Assembly (NCBI GenBank): GCA_944391505.1
Contig: CALXTV010000007.1
Location: 2,839-66,838, forward strand
DNA length: 64,000 nt
Source of the DNA: an uncultured Alphaproteobacteria bacterium
GTDB lineage: Bacteria; Pseudomonadota; Alphaproteobacteria; RF32; CAG-239
Direction of reading: 5' to 3'
In this document: piece after piece, positions 48,485 to 57,806 of the stretch
Position numbering within the stretch: position 1 is the stretch's first letter
Layout of the letters: every line of letters begins with the position of its first letter
Notes under the pieces: generated by a model
Told to the model about the DNA's origin: nothing
The model's input: only the letters and a program-made list of their open reading frames with translations
Database searches by the model: none
Translations under genes and position numbers: made by a program

Positions 48485-51400
48485 ATGACGATTCGGACTG
48501 AAAAAGGACTGTATTTGGGTATAGACGTCGGTTCCACAACCGTTAAGGCAGTGGTTATTGATGCAAAGGAAAATATTTTATTTTCCACATATCAGAGACA
48601 TTTGTCTGAGGTTCGCGGAAAAATCGCGTCAATTATTGCCGAAGTGGCAGAAAAATTTCCCGATGCCGTATTTAACCTGAGCATGACCGGTTCCGGCGCA
48701 TTGTCTCTTTGCGGCAAGCTTAACGTTTCTTTCGTTCAGGAAGTCATTGCCTCAAGCCTGAGTATAAAAAAATTGATTCCCGATGCCGATGTCATCATTG
48801 AGCTTGGCGGCGAAGATGCCAAACTGACGTTTCTGACCAGCGGCACGGATTTGCGAATGAACGAAACCTGCGCCGGCGGTACGGGGGCTTTTATCGACCA
48901 AATGGCCTCGTTTCTCAATCTCGAGGTTGGGGAAATGGATGAGCTGGCGCTGAAATATAAAAATATTTATCCGATTGCTTCCCGCTGTGGCGTATTTGCC
49001 AAAACCGACATTGTTCCGCTGATTAACGAAGGCTGCGCCAAAAGCGATATTGCCATGTCGATTATGCAGGCCGTTGTCAACCAGTTTATCGGCGGTTTGG
49101 CCAGAGGTCGGGAAATAACCGGAAAAGTTGTGTTTCTCGGCGGGCCGCTGGCTTTTCTGAAGTCGCTCCGCCGCTGTTTTGCAGAAACGCTCAAACTTGA
49201 CGAAGCCAACGCCGTTCTGCCAGAAAGAGCCGAACTCTTCGTGGCGCTTGGTGCCGCGCTGCATGCCAAAAGCTGTCCGGGAGAGGCTGTCCGGTTGAAC
49301 GAACTGAAAGCCGCATTGGAAAAACTTGACGAAGAAAAAGATATTCAGAAACTGCCGCCTCTTTTTAAAAATAAGCGGGAAAAAGAAGAATTTGACGCCA
49401 GACATCGCCAAACCAACGTCCAAACTTTTCCTCTGGAAAATTATGAAGGATATGCGTGGTTCGGAATAGACAGCGGTTCGACAACCGTAAAGGCAGTGCT
49501 GATTGATGACAAAAACCATCTGCTCTATTCGTATTACGGACCCAACAACGGTGACCCTTTTCATATTGCCCTCAAAATTCTGGAAGATATTTATTCCCGC
49601 GCCAAACCGGGACTTCAAATCAGAGCTGCCGCGGCAACCGGTTATGGCAGCGCATTGCTGAAAGCCGGACTGAAACTCGATATTGATGAAGTGGAAACGG
49701 TAGCGCATTGCGAGGCGTCGGTGTTTTTTGCCCCCAAAGCAAGTTTTGTCTTGGATATAGGCGGACAGGACATCAAATGTATGAAGCTGAAAAACGGCGT
49801 CATTGAAAAAATCGGCCTTAACGAGGCCTGTTCGTCCGGCTGCGGTTCTTTTATAGAAAATTTTGCCAAATCCTTAAACATGAGCATGCCTGCCTTTGTC
49901 GAAGCGGCAATCAATGCCCGGCATCCCGTCGATCTTGGAACCCGTTGCACGGTTTTTATGAACTCCAAGGTCAAACAGGCGCAGAAAGAAGGCGCTTCCG
50001 TCGGCGACATTGCGGCAGGCCTGTCTTATTCGGTCATTAAAAATGCCTGTTATAAGGTTATAAAAATAAATGATGTTTCGGAACTGGGAGACTGTATTGT
50101 TGCGCAGGGCGGCTCGTTCTTAAACGACGCACTGCTGCGTGCGCTGGAAATACAGGTCGGCAAAACGGTCGTGCGTCCCGGACTTTCCGGTTTGATGGGC
50201 GCATTCGGCGCCGCATTGCTGGCCAAAAAGCGCGGTCCGGAAAACGGTGTCAAAACCGGGCTCATTTCCGAAGAAGAGATAAAAAATCTGCAGATTAAGA
50301 CGACCAACACCCGTTGCAAGGGCTGTGCCAATCATTGTATGTTGACGATTACGGATTTCGGCGGCAAAAAGAAATTTATCTCCGGCAACAAATGCGAAAA
50401 GGGCGCCGGCCTGACAAAAAATACAAAAATCAACCTCTGCGCCTACAAATACAAACGGTTGTTTGACTATTATCAGCCGCTGCCCAAGGAACGCGCCGTC
50501 CGCGGTACGGTGGGCATTCCCCGCGCATTGAATATGTATGAGAACTATCCGCTGTGGTTTACACTGCTGACACGTCTGGGCTTTCGGGTCGAATTGTCCG
50601 CACCGTCGTCAAAGAAAATGTTTTTCAGCGGCTATGCCTCCATTCCGTCGCAAACGGTCTGTTATCCGGCCAAAATGGCGCACGGTCATATTATGGATTT
50701 GTTGAACAAAAACGTAGATTACATCTTTTTTCCGTGTATTCCCCGGGAACAGAAAGAATTTCCGTCTCAGGCCGATTGCTATAATTGTCCCGTGGTTACC
50801 GGATATCCTGAATTGCTGGCCAAAAATATTTCCGAGCTTTCCGAAAGCGGAATACCGTTCTTTGCGCCGTTTCTGCCGTTAGATGAAAAAATTCTGGCCA
50901 AACGGCTGAAGTCGGTACCGTTGTTTGCCGGTTTTTCGTCTCTGCAGCTCCGTATGGCAGTCAAAAGAGCCTTTGTCGAATTGAGACGATTTAAAAAAGA
51001 TATCCGGAACGCAGGCGTCGAAGCCGTTGAAAAATTAAAACAAAGCGGCGAATACGGCATTGTCCTGGCCGGCCACCCGTATCACATTGATCCGGCGATT
51101 AATCACGGCATTCCGGAACTTATCAATTCCTGCGGTTTGTCGGTTCTGACCGAGGATTCGGTGGCTCATTTGCGTCCGAACCCGGAGGCTTTGCGCGTTC
51201 GGGATCAATGGACCTATCACGCGCGCTTGTACCGAGCCGGAACATTCACGGCCGAAAGCCGGAATCTGGCCATTTTGCAGTTGGTTTCCTTTGGTTGCGG
51301 CGTTGATGCGATTACGGCCGATCAGGTTGAAGAAATTGTTACCTCAAAAGAAAGGCTGTATGCGCAGATTAAAATTGATGAAGGCGACAATCTGGGCCCG

Positions 51401-52735
51401 GCCAAAATCAGAATCCGTTCGCTTCTGGCGGCACTGAAAGATATGCAGAGCAGAGAGCAGGGGGCAATGTCACAGGCATTCCGGCAGCCGCCCGTCTTTA
51501 CGGAAGAGATGAAAAAAACGCACACTATTCTCATTCCGCAGCTTTCGCCGATGCATTTTCAGTTTTTGGAGACCGTTTTTGCCAGCGAAGGATATAAGGT
51601 TGCGCAGTTGCCGAAAGTCAGCAAAAGCGCCATAGAGCTCGGTCTGAAACATGTCAACAACGATGCCTGTTTTCCGGCAATCGTCGTTATCGGACAGCTT
51701 TTGCAGGCCATTCGGGACGGCAACTATGATACAAACCGGATTGCGCTTCTTATCTCGCAGACCAGCGGCGGCTGCCGGGCATCAAATTATGCCGGACTTC
51801 TGCGCCGGGCGCTGGCTCAGTGTAACATGGCGCATATCCCGGTAATTACCATGAATGTCAGCGGCAATGTGGATAGCCCGGGCTTTATTCCGGGGCGGAA
51901 AATTCTGCTGCGTTCGATTATGGCCGGTTGTTACGGTGATGCGCTGATGCGGATGTTTAACCGTGTTTCGCCTTACGAAAAAATTCCGGGCAGCGCGCGA
52001 AAACTGCTGGACAAATGGGTCGCTGTTATCAAGGAAAATCTGAAAAGCGGCAATATCGTCAAATTCAACCTGAATATGTTTAAGATGATTCGCGAGTTTG
52101 ACAAACTGCCGCTCCGCAATATAAAAAGAAAACCTCGCGTCGGCCTGGTTGGTGAAATTTTGCTGAAATACCACCCCGATGCCAATAATCGCGCGGCTCG
52201 CATTATTGAGCAGGAAGGCGGCGAAGCGGTTATCCCCGATTTAATGGATTTTATGCTCTACGGATTTTATGATCATATCTTTAACTACAAATATTTACAA
52301 GGGTCTTGGAAAGCCTATGCCGTAAGCATATCCAGCATTGCTCTGCTGGAATTCTGCCGTTGGTCCATGCGTCTGGGTTTGGCGCTTTCCAAACGGTTTG
52401 AACCGCCCGTCTTTTTTAAGAATTTGCGTAAGAAAATTCGCGGCCTGGTCTCTCTGGGACATCAAACCGGCGAGGGTTGGCTGCTGACGGCCGAAATTGT
52501 CGAACTTTTGGAAGCCGGCGTCAATAACATATTATGTATGCAGCCTTTCGGCTGTCTCCCGAACCATATTACAGGAAAAGGCTTTGTCAAGGAAATCAAA
52601 AAGCGTTTTCCGAAAGCAAATATTATTGCCGTAGACTATGATCCGGGCGCCAGCGAAAGCAATCAGGTTAATCGGATTAAGCTGATGATGTCTATTTCCA
52701 AACAAGAACAGGAGGAAAACGGCAAAGCGGCCTGA
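48485..52735 (+). CDS. Giant fusion: two BadF/BadG/BcrA/BcrD-type (CoA-substrate-specific enzyme activase) ATPase modules plus a 2-hydroxyglutaryl-CoA-dehydratase (HgdB)-like domain
   Basis: Two copies of the GIDVGSTTVKAV / GIDSGSTTVKAV acetate/sugar-kinase-fold phosphate loops. Cys clusters (CKGCANHC). The C-terminal part is dehydratase-D-like. Confidence 0.85.
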   Translation: MTIRTEKGLYLGIDVGSTTVKAVVIDAKENILFSTYQRHLSEVRGKIASIIAEVAEKFPDAVFNLSMTGSGALSLCGKLNVSFVQEVIASSLSIKKLIPDADVIIELGGEDAKLTFLTSGTDLRMNETCAGGTGAFIDQMASFLNLEVGEMDELALKYKNIYPIASRCGVFAKTDIVPLINEGCAKSDIAMSIMQAVVNQFIGGLARGREITGKVVFLGGPLAFLKSLRRCFAETLKLDEANAVLPERAELFVALGAALHAKSCPGEAVRLNELKAALEKLDEEKDIQKLPPLFKNKREKEEFDARHRQTNVQTFPLENYEGYAWFGIDSGSTTVKAVLIDDKNHLLYSYYGPNNGDPFHIALKILEDIYSRAKPGLQIRAAAATGYGSALLKAGLKLDIDEVETVAHCEASVFFAPKASFVLDIGGQDIKCMKLKNGVIEKIGLNEACSSGCGSFIENFAKSLNMSMPAFVEAAINARHPVDLGTRCTVFMNSKVKQAQKEGASVGDIAAGLSYSVIKNACYKVIKINDVSELGDCIVAQGGSFLNDALLRALEIQVGKTVVRPGLSGLMGAFGAALLAKKRGPENGVKTGLISEEEIKNLQIKTTNTRCKGCANHCMLTITDFGGKKKFISGNKCEKGAGLTKNTKINLCAYKYKRLFDYYQPLPKERAVRGTVGIPRALNMYENYPLWFTLLTRLGFRVELSAPSSKKMFFSGYASIPSQTVCYPAKMAHGHIMDLLNKNVDYIFFPCIPREQKEFPSQADCYNCPVVTGYPELLAKNISELSESGIPFFAPFLPLDEKILAKRLKSVPLFAGFSSLQLRMAVKRAFVELRRFKKDIRNAGVEAVEKLKQSGEYGIVLAGHPYHIDPAINHGIPELINSCGLSVLTEDSVAHLRPNPEALRVRDQWTYHARLYRAGTFTAESRNLAILQLVSFGCGVDAITADQVEEIVTSKERLYAQIKIDEGDNLGPAKIRIRSLLAALKDMQSREQGAMSQAFRQPPVFTEEMKKTHTILIPQLSPMHFQFLETVFASEGYKVAQLPKVSKSAIELGLKHVNNDACFPAIVVIGQLLQAIRDGNYDTNRIALLISQTSGGCRASNYAGLLRRALAQCNMAHIPVITMNVSGNVDSPGFIPGRKILLRSIMAGCYGDALMRMFNRVSPYEKIPGSARKLLDKWVAVIKENLKSGNIVKFNLNMFKMIREFDKLPLRNIKRKPRVGLVGEILLKYHPDANNRAARIIEQEGGEAVIPDLMDFMLYGFYDHIFNYKYLQGSWKAYAVSISSIALLEFCRWSMRLGLALSKRFEPPVFFKNLRKKIRGLVSLGHQTGEGWLLTAEIVELLEAGVNNILCMQPFGCLPNHITGKGFVKEIKKRFPKANIIAVDYDPGASESNQVNRIKLMMSISKQEQEENGKAA

Positions 52736-53192
52736 AACGTCCGGAAAACAAAAAGATATTGACTTTTCTAAATCCATATTGTAAACAAAAGGCCGATAAA
52801 AGATTAGTAAGATATTATTCTATAAATTGCCTGAAGCATTTTACGAACGCAATTTGCCAAAGTCAGATTAAAAGGTTCAGCAGTCCGTCGAGATGAAAGA
52901 TTCTTGAAAAAGCTATGATTGACGAGGATGTTTTGCGTTTCCGCAAGTAATGACGAATGAAAACGGATAAAATGAAATTTCGGCAGTTTCCGTAAAAAAG
53001 AAAACAAATTGTTTCCATATAAATATTTGCTTATAAGTTTTCTTTCCCTTGAAATGTCCGTTTCAGGGGTTTTCTTTTATAAAATTTTTTTTGACATAGT
53101 GCCCATAACGACAATAGGTTAATTTGTTTGATATACTTAATAGGAAAAATATCCTTTCATTAGAGTTTGAAAATGAAAAGAATTACCTGTTG

Positions 53193-54428
53193 TTAATATG
53201 TCTTTTGAGACAGTAATGCTTGATTTATTGGTACATTAGATCTTGTGTTGCTGTTATTTTGTTTAACATGGGTTAGTAACGGATTAGTACCATGCCTTAA
53301 TGAAACAAGAAAATAATATTGTTGACTTTTACTCATACCTTGAAATTGTGTATGAGAAGTAGTTAAACCCTGATTTGGCAAAGGAGGCGGCATAGGATTT
53401 ACATATTCTTGAGCAACTTGTTGCCCCGTTTTGCTCAATTGTTTTGCACGTCCATAAATGCTTTCCTGTATTTTATTTAAATCAATTTTTTCAGCGGGAG
53501 TATAATTTTCATTATTTTGTAATTCTGAAATAGTTCTGTACATCCCATCAGCACCATTTTCATCATATTGTTTAATCATATTATTTCTGCGAGCTGTCAT
53601 ATTTTCACTTAGACAAGTATCAATAGGTTTATGCAGATTAGCAAAGTCTCGCCATTTTTTATCTATAATTTCTCCGTTTTCATCAAGTTCTAAAGGGATG
53701 ACTTTTTGTTGTTGCTTTTCTTGGTCGTATGCTGATATCCAAACTTTTTTAAGTTTATTCTGATGTGGAAATATTGCTGTTTCATTTTTATCATATGCTT
53801 TTTCTATATCAAACTCATCTGTAAAGTAATCATGATTAATATCGCCAAAACCTTGTCATTTTCCTTTACTTTCATACTCAAAAACGAAACCGTATATGAC
53901 CTTCCCGTCATGACAAGACAAAAACCTTGAATTATGTCCAGATCCCCGGGGTGTAACATAGTCACAGGCACCTTGCATAATTTGCTTATTTTGACCTGAT
54001 ATAGAAACATTTTCTTGTCTAGCCCCAAAAGCAGCACCATATGTATGTCCATAAACTTCATATTTAACCAATACAGCATAAGGATCACCACTAAAGCCTC
54101 CATGAAAAACAGAAGCTAACTCACCTTTGTTTTGTAATGACTCTATATTTTCTTTGTTCATTACAACAGGATCGACGCCATTTTCCATAACATTTTTTAT
54201 CATTTCATCAGCATAATCATCTAAGGATAAGTGATCTTTAAGAATTTCTTGATAGTTACTGCCATTAGCTCTGGCTATTATATTGATGTCTAAATTTCTA
54301 CCTATATCAGTAGCAGCCGGTGCAATTTCTTTACGAGTCATAGGATGGGATAAATATACTTTACCTCCTTGTTTAGATATAGCCTCAATTATTTTTATAT
54401 TTGCTTTTAATGCTTCATCCGGAGCCAT
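53193..54428 (-). pseudogene. Toxin-like 411-codon reading frame interrupted by one in-frame TGA (at 53856-53858)
   Basis: Track ORFs 53856..54428 and 53193..53600 are in the same frame. The sequence between them is open except for a single TGA (...ESKGK*QGFGD...). AT-rich island. Confidence 0.5.
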
Positions 54429-54532
54429 AAAGGGTGAATGAACACCTGTTTGGGTTACAATAAAAACATTTGGATTAGTGGCTCTTGGATCATCCTCAGT
54501 TAACCTCTCCTTTAAAGGCTTAAAACAAAGAC

Positions 54533-54931
54533 TTACCTTTTATTGCAAATTGTTGGATATTCCCAATTTCCTGATAATTTAGAACAATCTTGGGATATAA
54601 AGTCAAATTTACAATCATTATTATCAATATTCCAAGCTTTTTGATTATTTAGGCAAATTTCTTTAAATGTTTGATTGTTTGGGCAATTTGATAAATTTTT
54701 GCATTGTTTCAAAAGTTTTGTCTGTTCCGGTGTAAGTTTGATACAGCCAAATTCTTTTTTCCAAATTAAGCAATCATCTCGGCAAATATTATTTTGATAA
54801 TCCCATACTTGTCCGTTATCCACACAAGTATCAATACTCAACCAATAAGGATTGCGAATAAAGGAAATGCTTAAACCCAGTAAACATACGCCAAAAAAGC
54901 TTATCATTAATATTTTTATAATTTTTGTCAT
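54533..54931 (-). CDS. Cys-rich (12 Cys) membrane-anchored small protein
   Basis: N-terminal TM/signal anchor. Its start is 3 nt after the stop of the upstream SAA-like gene. Confidence 0.6.
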   Translation of the reverse strand: MTKIIKILMISFFGVCLLGLSISFIRNPYWLSIDTCVDNGQVWDYQNNICRDDCLIWKKEFGCIKLTPEQTKLLKQCKNLSNCPNNQTFKEICLNNQKAWNIDNNDCKFDFISQDCSKLSGNWEYPTICNKR

Positions 54932-54934
54932 TGC

Positions 54935-55393
54935 CTAATATTTTTTATTTGTTGATTTTTTTCTTTTAAATTCGCAACCATCTTTAGCATTTGTATATAG
55001 CCCACTTTTTGCTTGATGGCGCCCAAGCGAATTAATATATTTATCGTGTTCATAATCAGCATAAGCATCTATAGCTGATGTTCCTTTTATAATCCTATTT
55101 TTGAAATAGTCAATTCGTTCTTTAGCATCACCAATAGCTTCTGCTGTTTTCTCGCCCCATTTTCCTCTTTGGGTTGCTTCATAATTTGCTTTGCAATGAA
55201 AATAGTCATCGTTTCCAATTACATTATCTTCTTTCATATCATTATAATTTTTATACATGTCAGAAGCAGCACCAAAAATTTGAGCAAAAGGTGTTTCTAG
55301 TAAATTAGTCATTTTATTATTTCTGTTTGTTTGCTTTTTCTTCATTTGTTTTTCAGGATCTTCCTGAATGATATAACGTATAAGGTTACTCAT
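54935..55393 (-). CDS. Serum amyloid A (SAA)-like protein
   Basis: AAAGGA RBS. FGAASDMYKNYNDMKEDNVIGNDDYFHCKANYEATQRGKWGEKTAEAIGDAKERIDYF aligns with vertebrate SAA [59 protein letters not shown]. Confidence 0.75.
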   Translation of the reverse strand: MSNLIRYIIQEDPEKQMKKKQTNRNNKMTNLLETPFAQIFGAASDMYKNYNDMKEDNVIGNDDYFHCKANYEATQRGKWGEKTAEAIGDAKERIDYFKNRIIKGTSAIDAYADYEHDKYINSLGRHQAKSGLYTNAKDGCEFKRKKSTNKKY

Positions 55394-55780
55394 AATTTTT
55401 TCCTTTCATGATAATGTTTAGAGATTTAAAATAAAAAAAATCCGAAGAACTTAATCTTCAGATTTTGGATACACTTGTATCAAGTGATAATTAGTCTATA
55501 ACAAATATATATACAATTTTCAAGATATAAGTAAAATATGTCAACAACTTTTAATCTTTTTCTGTTTTACAATCCTCAAAATGATAGATATAATATTTTT
55601 GAAAATATGATTGATGATAAAAAACGTATAAACAATTAGTTATAATGAAAATATAGACTTTTTTCGGGTTCCTCGGAAAGGGTGGGGTGGCAGGATGTGT
55701 CAATACCAACCCATAAAACCTTGTTTCGTGTAAAATCAATAATTTATCTAAATATCGTCTGGGGTGTAAACCTCAAAGTT

Positions 55781-55878
55781 ATTAGCAGTTTTCATTAGCA
55801 CTGCTAATAAAATATATTAGCACAATTTCGCTGTCAATTAGGAATATCAAGGATTAACGGCGAATTTATTCTGCTAAT
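55781..55878. promoter_or_regulatory. Array of ATTAGCA(G/C) half-sites including a perfect 15-bp palindrome ATTAGCACTGCTAAT (55794-55808)
   Basis: Copies at 55781-55788, 55794-55808, 55816-55823 and 55871-55878, within the 670-bp AT-rich gap between divergent island genes. Confidence 0.35.
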
Positions 55879-56063
55879 AACTTTTATTATTAGGGTGATA
55901 TGAGAGATTTTTCCTAAAAGTTGTTGATATGTTCACTTGTAACTTGAAAATTGTATTTAATTTTGCTATAAGAAAAAAGCCACTTGCTATTAGTGTATCT
56001 AAATATACAAAATATTAAGAAATCACATAGTAAGTTAATCTATTATTTTGCCGGAGAGGAAAT

Positions 56064-56321
56064 ATGAAAGAACAAATTGTAAAATTTCTGCGTTTTTTGT
56101 GTGGGTATATTATACTAAGCTCTTTGGCCTTACTTATATTTAATGGGATTTCAGGCCCTAAAAATTATGTTTTTGGCTGGCCTTCCTTTATTTATATGGT
56201 AACATATCTTATTTATCCCCTAATAAGAAAACTCGGGAACATCAATAAGAAATATAGTGTTATTTATTTTTCAGTGCTATATTTTATTTTATGTTTTTTA
56301 TATTTTATATTTATCTTCTAA
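56064..56321 (+). CDS. Small membrane protein, hypothetical
   Basis: GGAGAGGAAATATG RBS. 85 aa with 3 hydrophobic helices. Terminator at 56341-56371. Confidence 0.45.
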   Translation: MKEQIVKFLRFLCGYIILSSLALLIFNGISGPKNYVFGWPSFIYMVTYLIYPLIRKLGNINKKYSVIYFSVLYFILCFLYFIFIF

Positions 56322-56340
56322 GCATATATTTTACTAATTT

Positions 56341-56371
56341 CAGCTCTACACACAAGTGTAGAGTTTTTTTT
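56341..56371 (+). terminator. Rho-independent terminator
   Basis: ctctacacacaagtgtagag plus a T8 run. Confidence 0.8.
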
Positions 56372-56382
56372 ATTAGTTGCCT

Positions 56383-56507
56383 TACAGAAAACCCCGAGTT
56401 TACTCGGGGCTGAATGCCAAGGTGTTGGAACAACACCGCTCCATGCCAACGAGCGTGGTCAAACCGTAAGGTTTGTAGCTGTTATAGAACCCCCAGTTTA
56501 CTGGGGG
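56383..56507 (+). repeat. Structured GC-rich repeat element, copy B (homologous to 12943-13064)
   Basis: tacagaaaaccccgagtttactcggggctgaatgcc, the hairpin gtgttggaacaacac, a conserved ccaacg...gtcaaaccgtaaggtt block, and a terminal second copy of the first hairpin (cccccagtttactggggg, 56490-56507). It is GC-rich inside an AT-rich island. Confidence 0.6.
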
Positions 56508-56529
56508 ATATCTATTGAAAGGAAACCTC

Positions 56530-57264
56530 ATGGTAAATTTATCAAATATTTTATTAACAGCAGGAAAAAAAATTACTAAAGCAATTGTCAAAAAAGAAGC
56601 CAGAGAGCATAGTGATACCATTGATGAATTCTCTAACTCAACGGCATTAAATCCGTTTGACGTTAAACCATTGAATGAAGGAGAAGATGAACGTATTGAA
56701 CAGATATTAAAATCTAAGGAGACATATGAACCTTATTATAAAAAACAACTTGAAAAACTTAACCAAAAACAAAAATTAATCCAAGATATAAATCAAAACA
56801 ATAACGCAGAAGAAGATATTTTATATAAACACCCTTCACAAATTACAGAAGCTGAAATAAAAAATAGTATGATTTATTCAGGAGACAAAACGTCTGACCG
56901 AGAATTAAAAGAACAATTGCAAAAGAAACAAAAAGATTGGTTTGATTTTTATTATGGTACAGATGCAATTAAAACGGATGCAGCCGGAAAATATATATCA
57001 CCTTCAATAAAGCATTCATTACCGGATGCTCCCGTTGAGCTTACAACCAAAGAAAAACTTCCGTTGATGAACGGATTTGATAAAATAGCAGAATATACAT
57101 CTAAGAATGATGTGAAAACATTGCAAAATAGGCTTAACAATCTTTATCAGAATGATACTTCTTTGCCACAATTAAAAGAAGATGGAATTCTTGGTAAAAA
57201 AACTACATCTCGTATAAAAAAAGCCCTTGTTGAATTTGGTGTAAATAAAATTACTCAAAACTAA
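56530..57264 (+). CDS. Protein with C-terminal peptidoglycan-binding (PG_binding_1-like) domain
   Basis: AAAGGA RBS. LQNRLNNLYQNDTSLPQLKEDGILGKKTTSRIKKAL matches the PGBD pattern (LQ..L..LGY...DGifG..T..A). Charged, K/E-rich N-terminal region. Confidence 0.65.
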   Translation: MVNLSNILLTAGKKITKAIVKKEAREHSDTIDEFSNSTALNPFDVKPLNEGEDERIEQILKSKETYEPYYKKQLEKLNQKQKLIQDINQNNNAEEDILYKHPSQITEAEIKNSMIYSGDKTSDRELKEQLQKKQKDWFDFYYGTDAIKTDAAGKYISPSIKHSLPDAPVELTTKEKLPLMNGFDKIAEYTSKNDVKTLQNRLNNLYQNDTSLPQLKEDGILGKKTTSRIKKALVEFGVNKITQN

Positions 57265-57748
57265 ATTTTTTACCATCAAATAATTTTTATAGAATAGGCT
57301 GTGTTTTTTTCAGCCTATTCTATACTATAAATTTCTTACCCTTCGTTTTGAGTGTAGGAATTGATTTTTGGCGATAAACTTATCGTAAAACAACCATATT
57401 TGCATTGGCTGACAAGGAAAACACTTAAAATAAAATATTTTTCGCACAGCTCCATAATTTTAATTGCAAATTAAGACCTTGGTTTATAATATAAACTCAG
57501 TTATGGGGGAATACTCCATAATCAGAACCAGAGATGGTTCGGGGCTTTCATCGGCTCTTATCGTGTACGGTGTTAGGATATAACATCGTCATATTGTTAG
57601 CTTGTAATTGGAGCTGACAGTAAATATATCCCCGATTAAAATTGGTAAAACTCTTTTGGTCGGGGAGCTTTTGGCGTATGTTCAGAAGTTTTTTGACTTT
57701 AAAGGCTAAGAGAATCATTTTACACGATATGATTGATGGACTCTCCGA

Positions 57749-57778
57749 CCACCTTAAATAGGTGGTTTTCTTTTAATT
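57749..57778 (+). terminator. Intrinsic terminator/attenuator ~30 nt upstream of the autotransporter start codon
   Basis: ccaccttaaataggtgg plus ttttcttttaatt. Confidence 0.55.
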
Positions 57779-57806
57779 GCAATTAAAGAAAAGGAAGTTT
57801 AATCAT

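Noticed and set aside
52804-53007. 67-aa minus-strand ORF in the island boundary gap
   Set aside because: No RBS, and it overlaps a plus-strand terminator-like hairpin (53045-53075). It is probably non-coding.
53856-53858. In-frame TGA read as selenocysteine
   Set aside because: No obvious SECIS-like stem-loop was recognised immediately downstream, and the surrounding region is AT-rich and poorly structured. It is kept as an open possibility in findings rather than annotated as Sec.
55660-55730. GC-rich patch (cgggttcctcggaaagggtggggtggcagg...) examined as a tRNA or tRNA fragment integration site
   Set aside because: It cannot be folded into a cloverleaf. There is no GTTC-loop/acceptor pairing and no CCA-proximal stem.
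12943-56507. The two hairpin-containing repeats considered as a CRISPR array, integron attC sites, type III toxin-antitoxin RNA repeats, or attL/attR of one large island
   Set aside because: CRISPR is excluded because there are only two copies 43 kb apart with about 100-nt inter-hairpin spacing and no cas genes. attC is excluded because there are no RYYYAAC/GTTRRRY core sites. Type III TA is excluded because there is no tandem array and no terminator between repeat and gene. Island ends are excluded because the intervening 43 kb is full of core housekeeping genes (gltX, ispH, rnhA, opgGH) and has no integrase.
57293-57319. Hairpin aataggctg-tgttttttt-cagcctatt after the PG-binding gene as a classical intrinsic terminator
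   Set aside because: The stem is good, but the U-rich tract is in the loop rather than 3' of the stem on either strand. It may still act as a terminator but is not called confidently.
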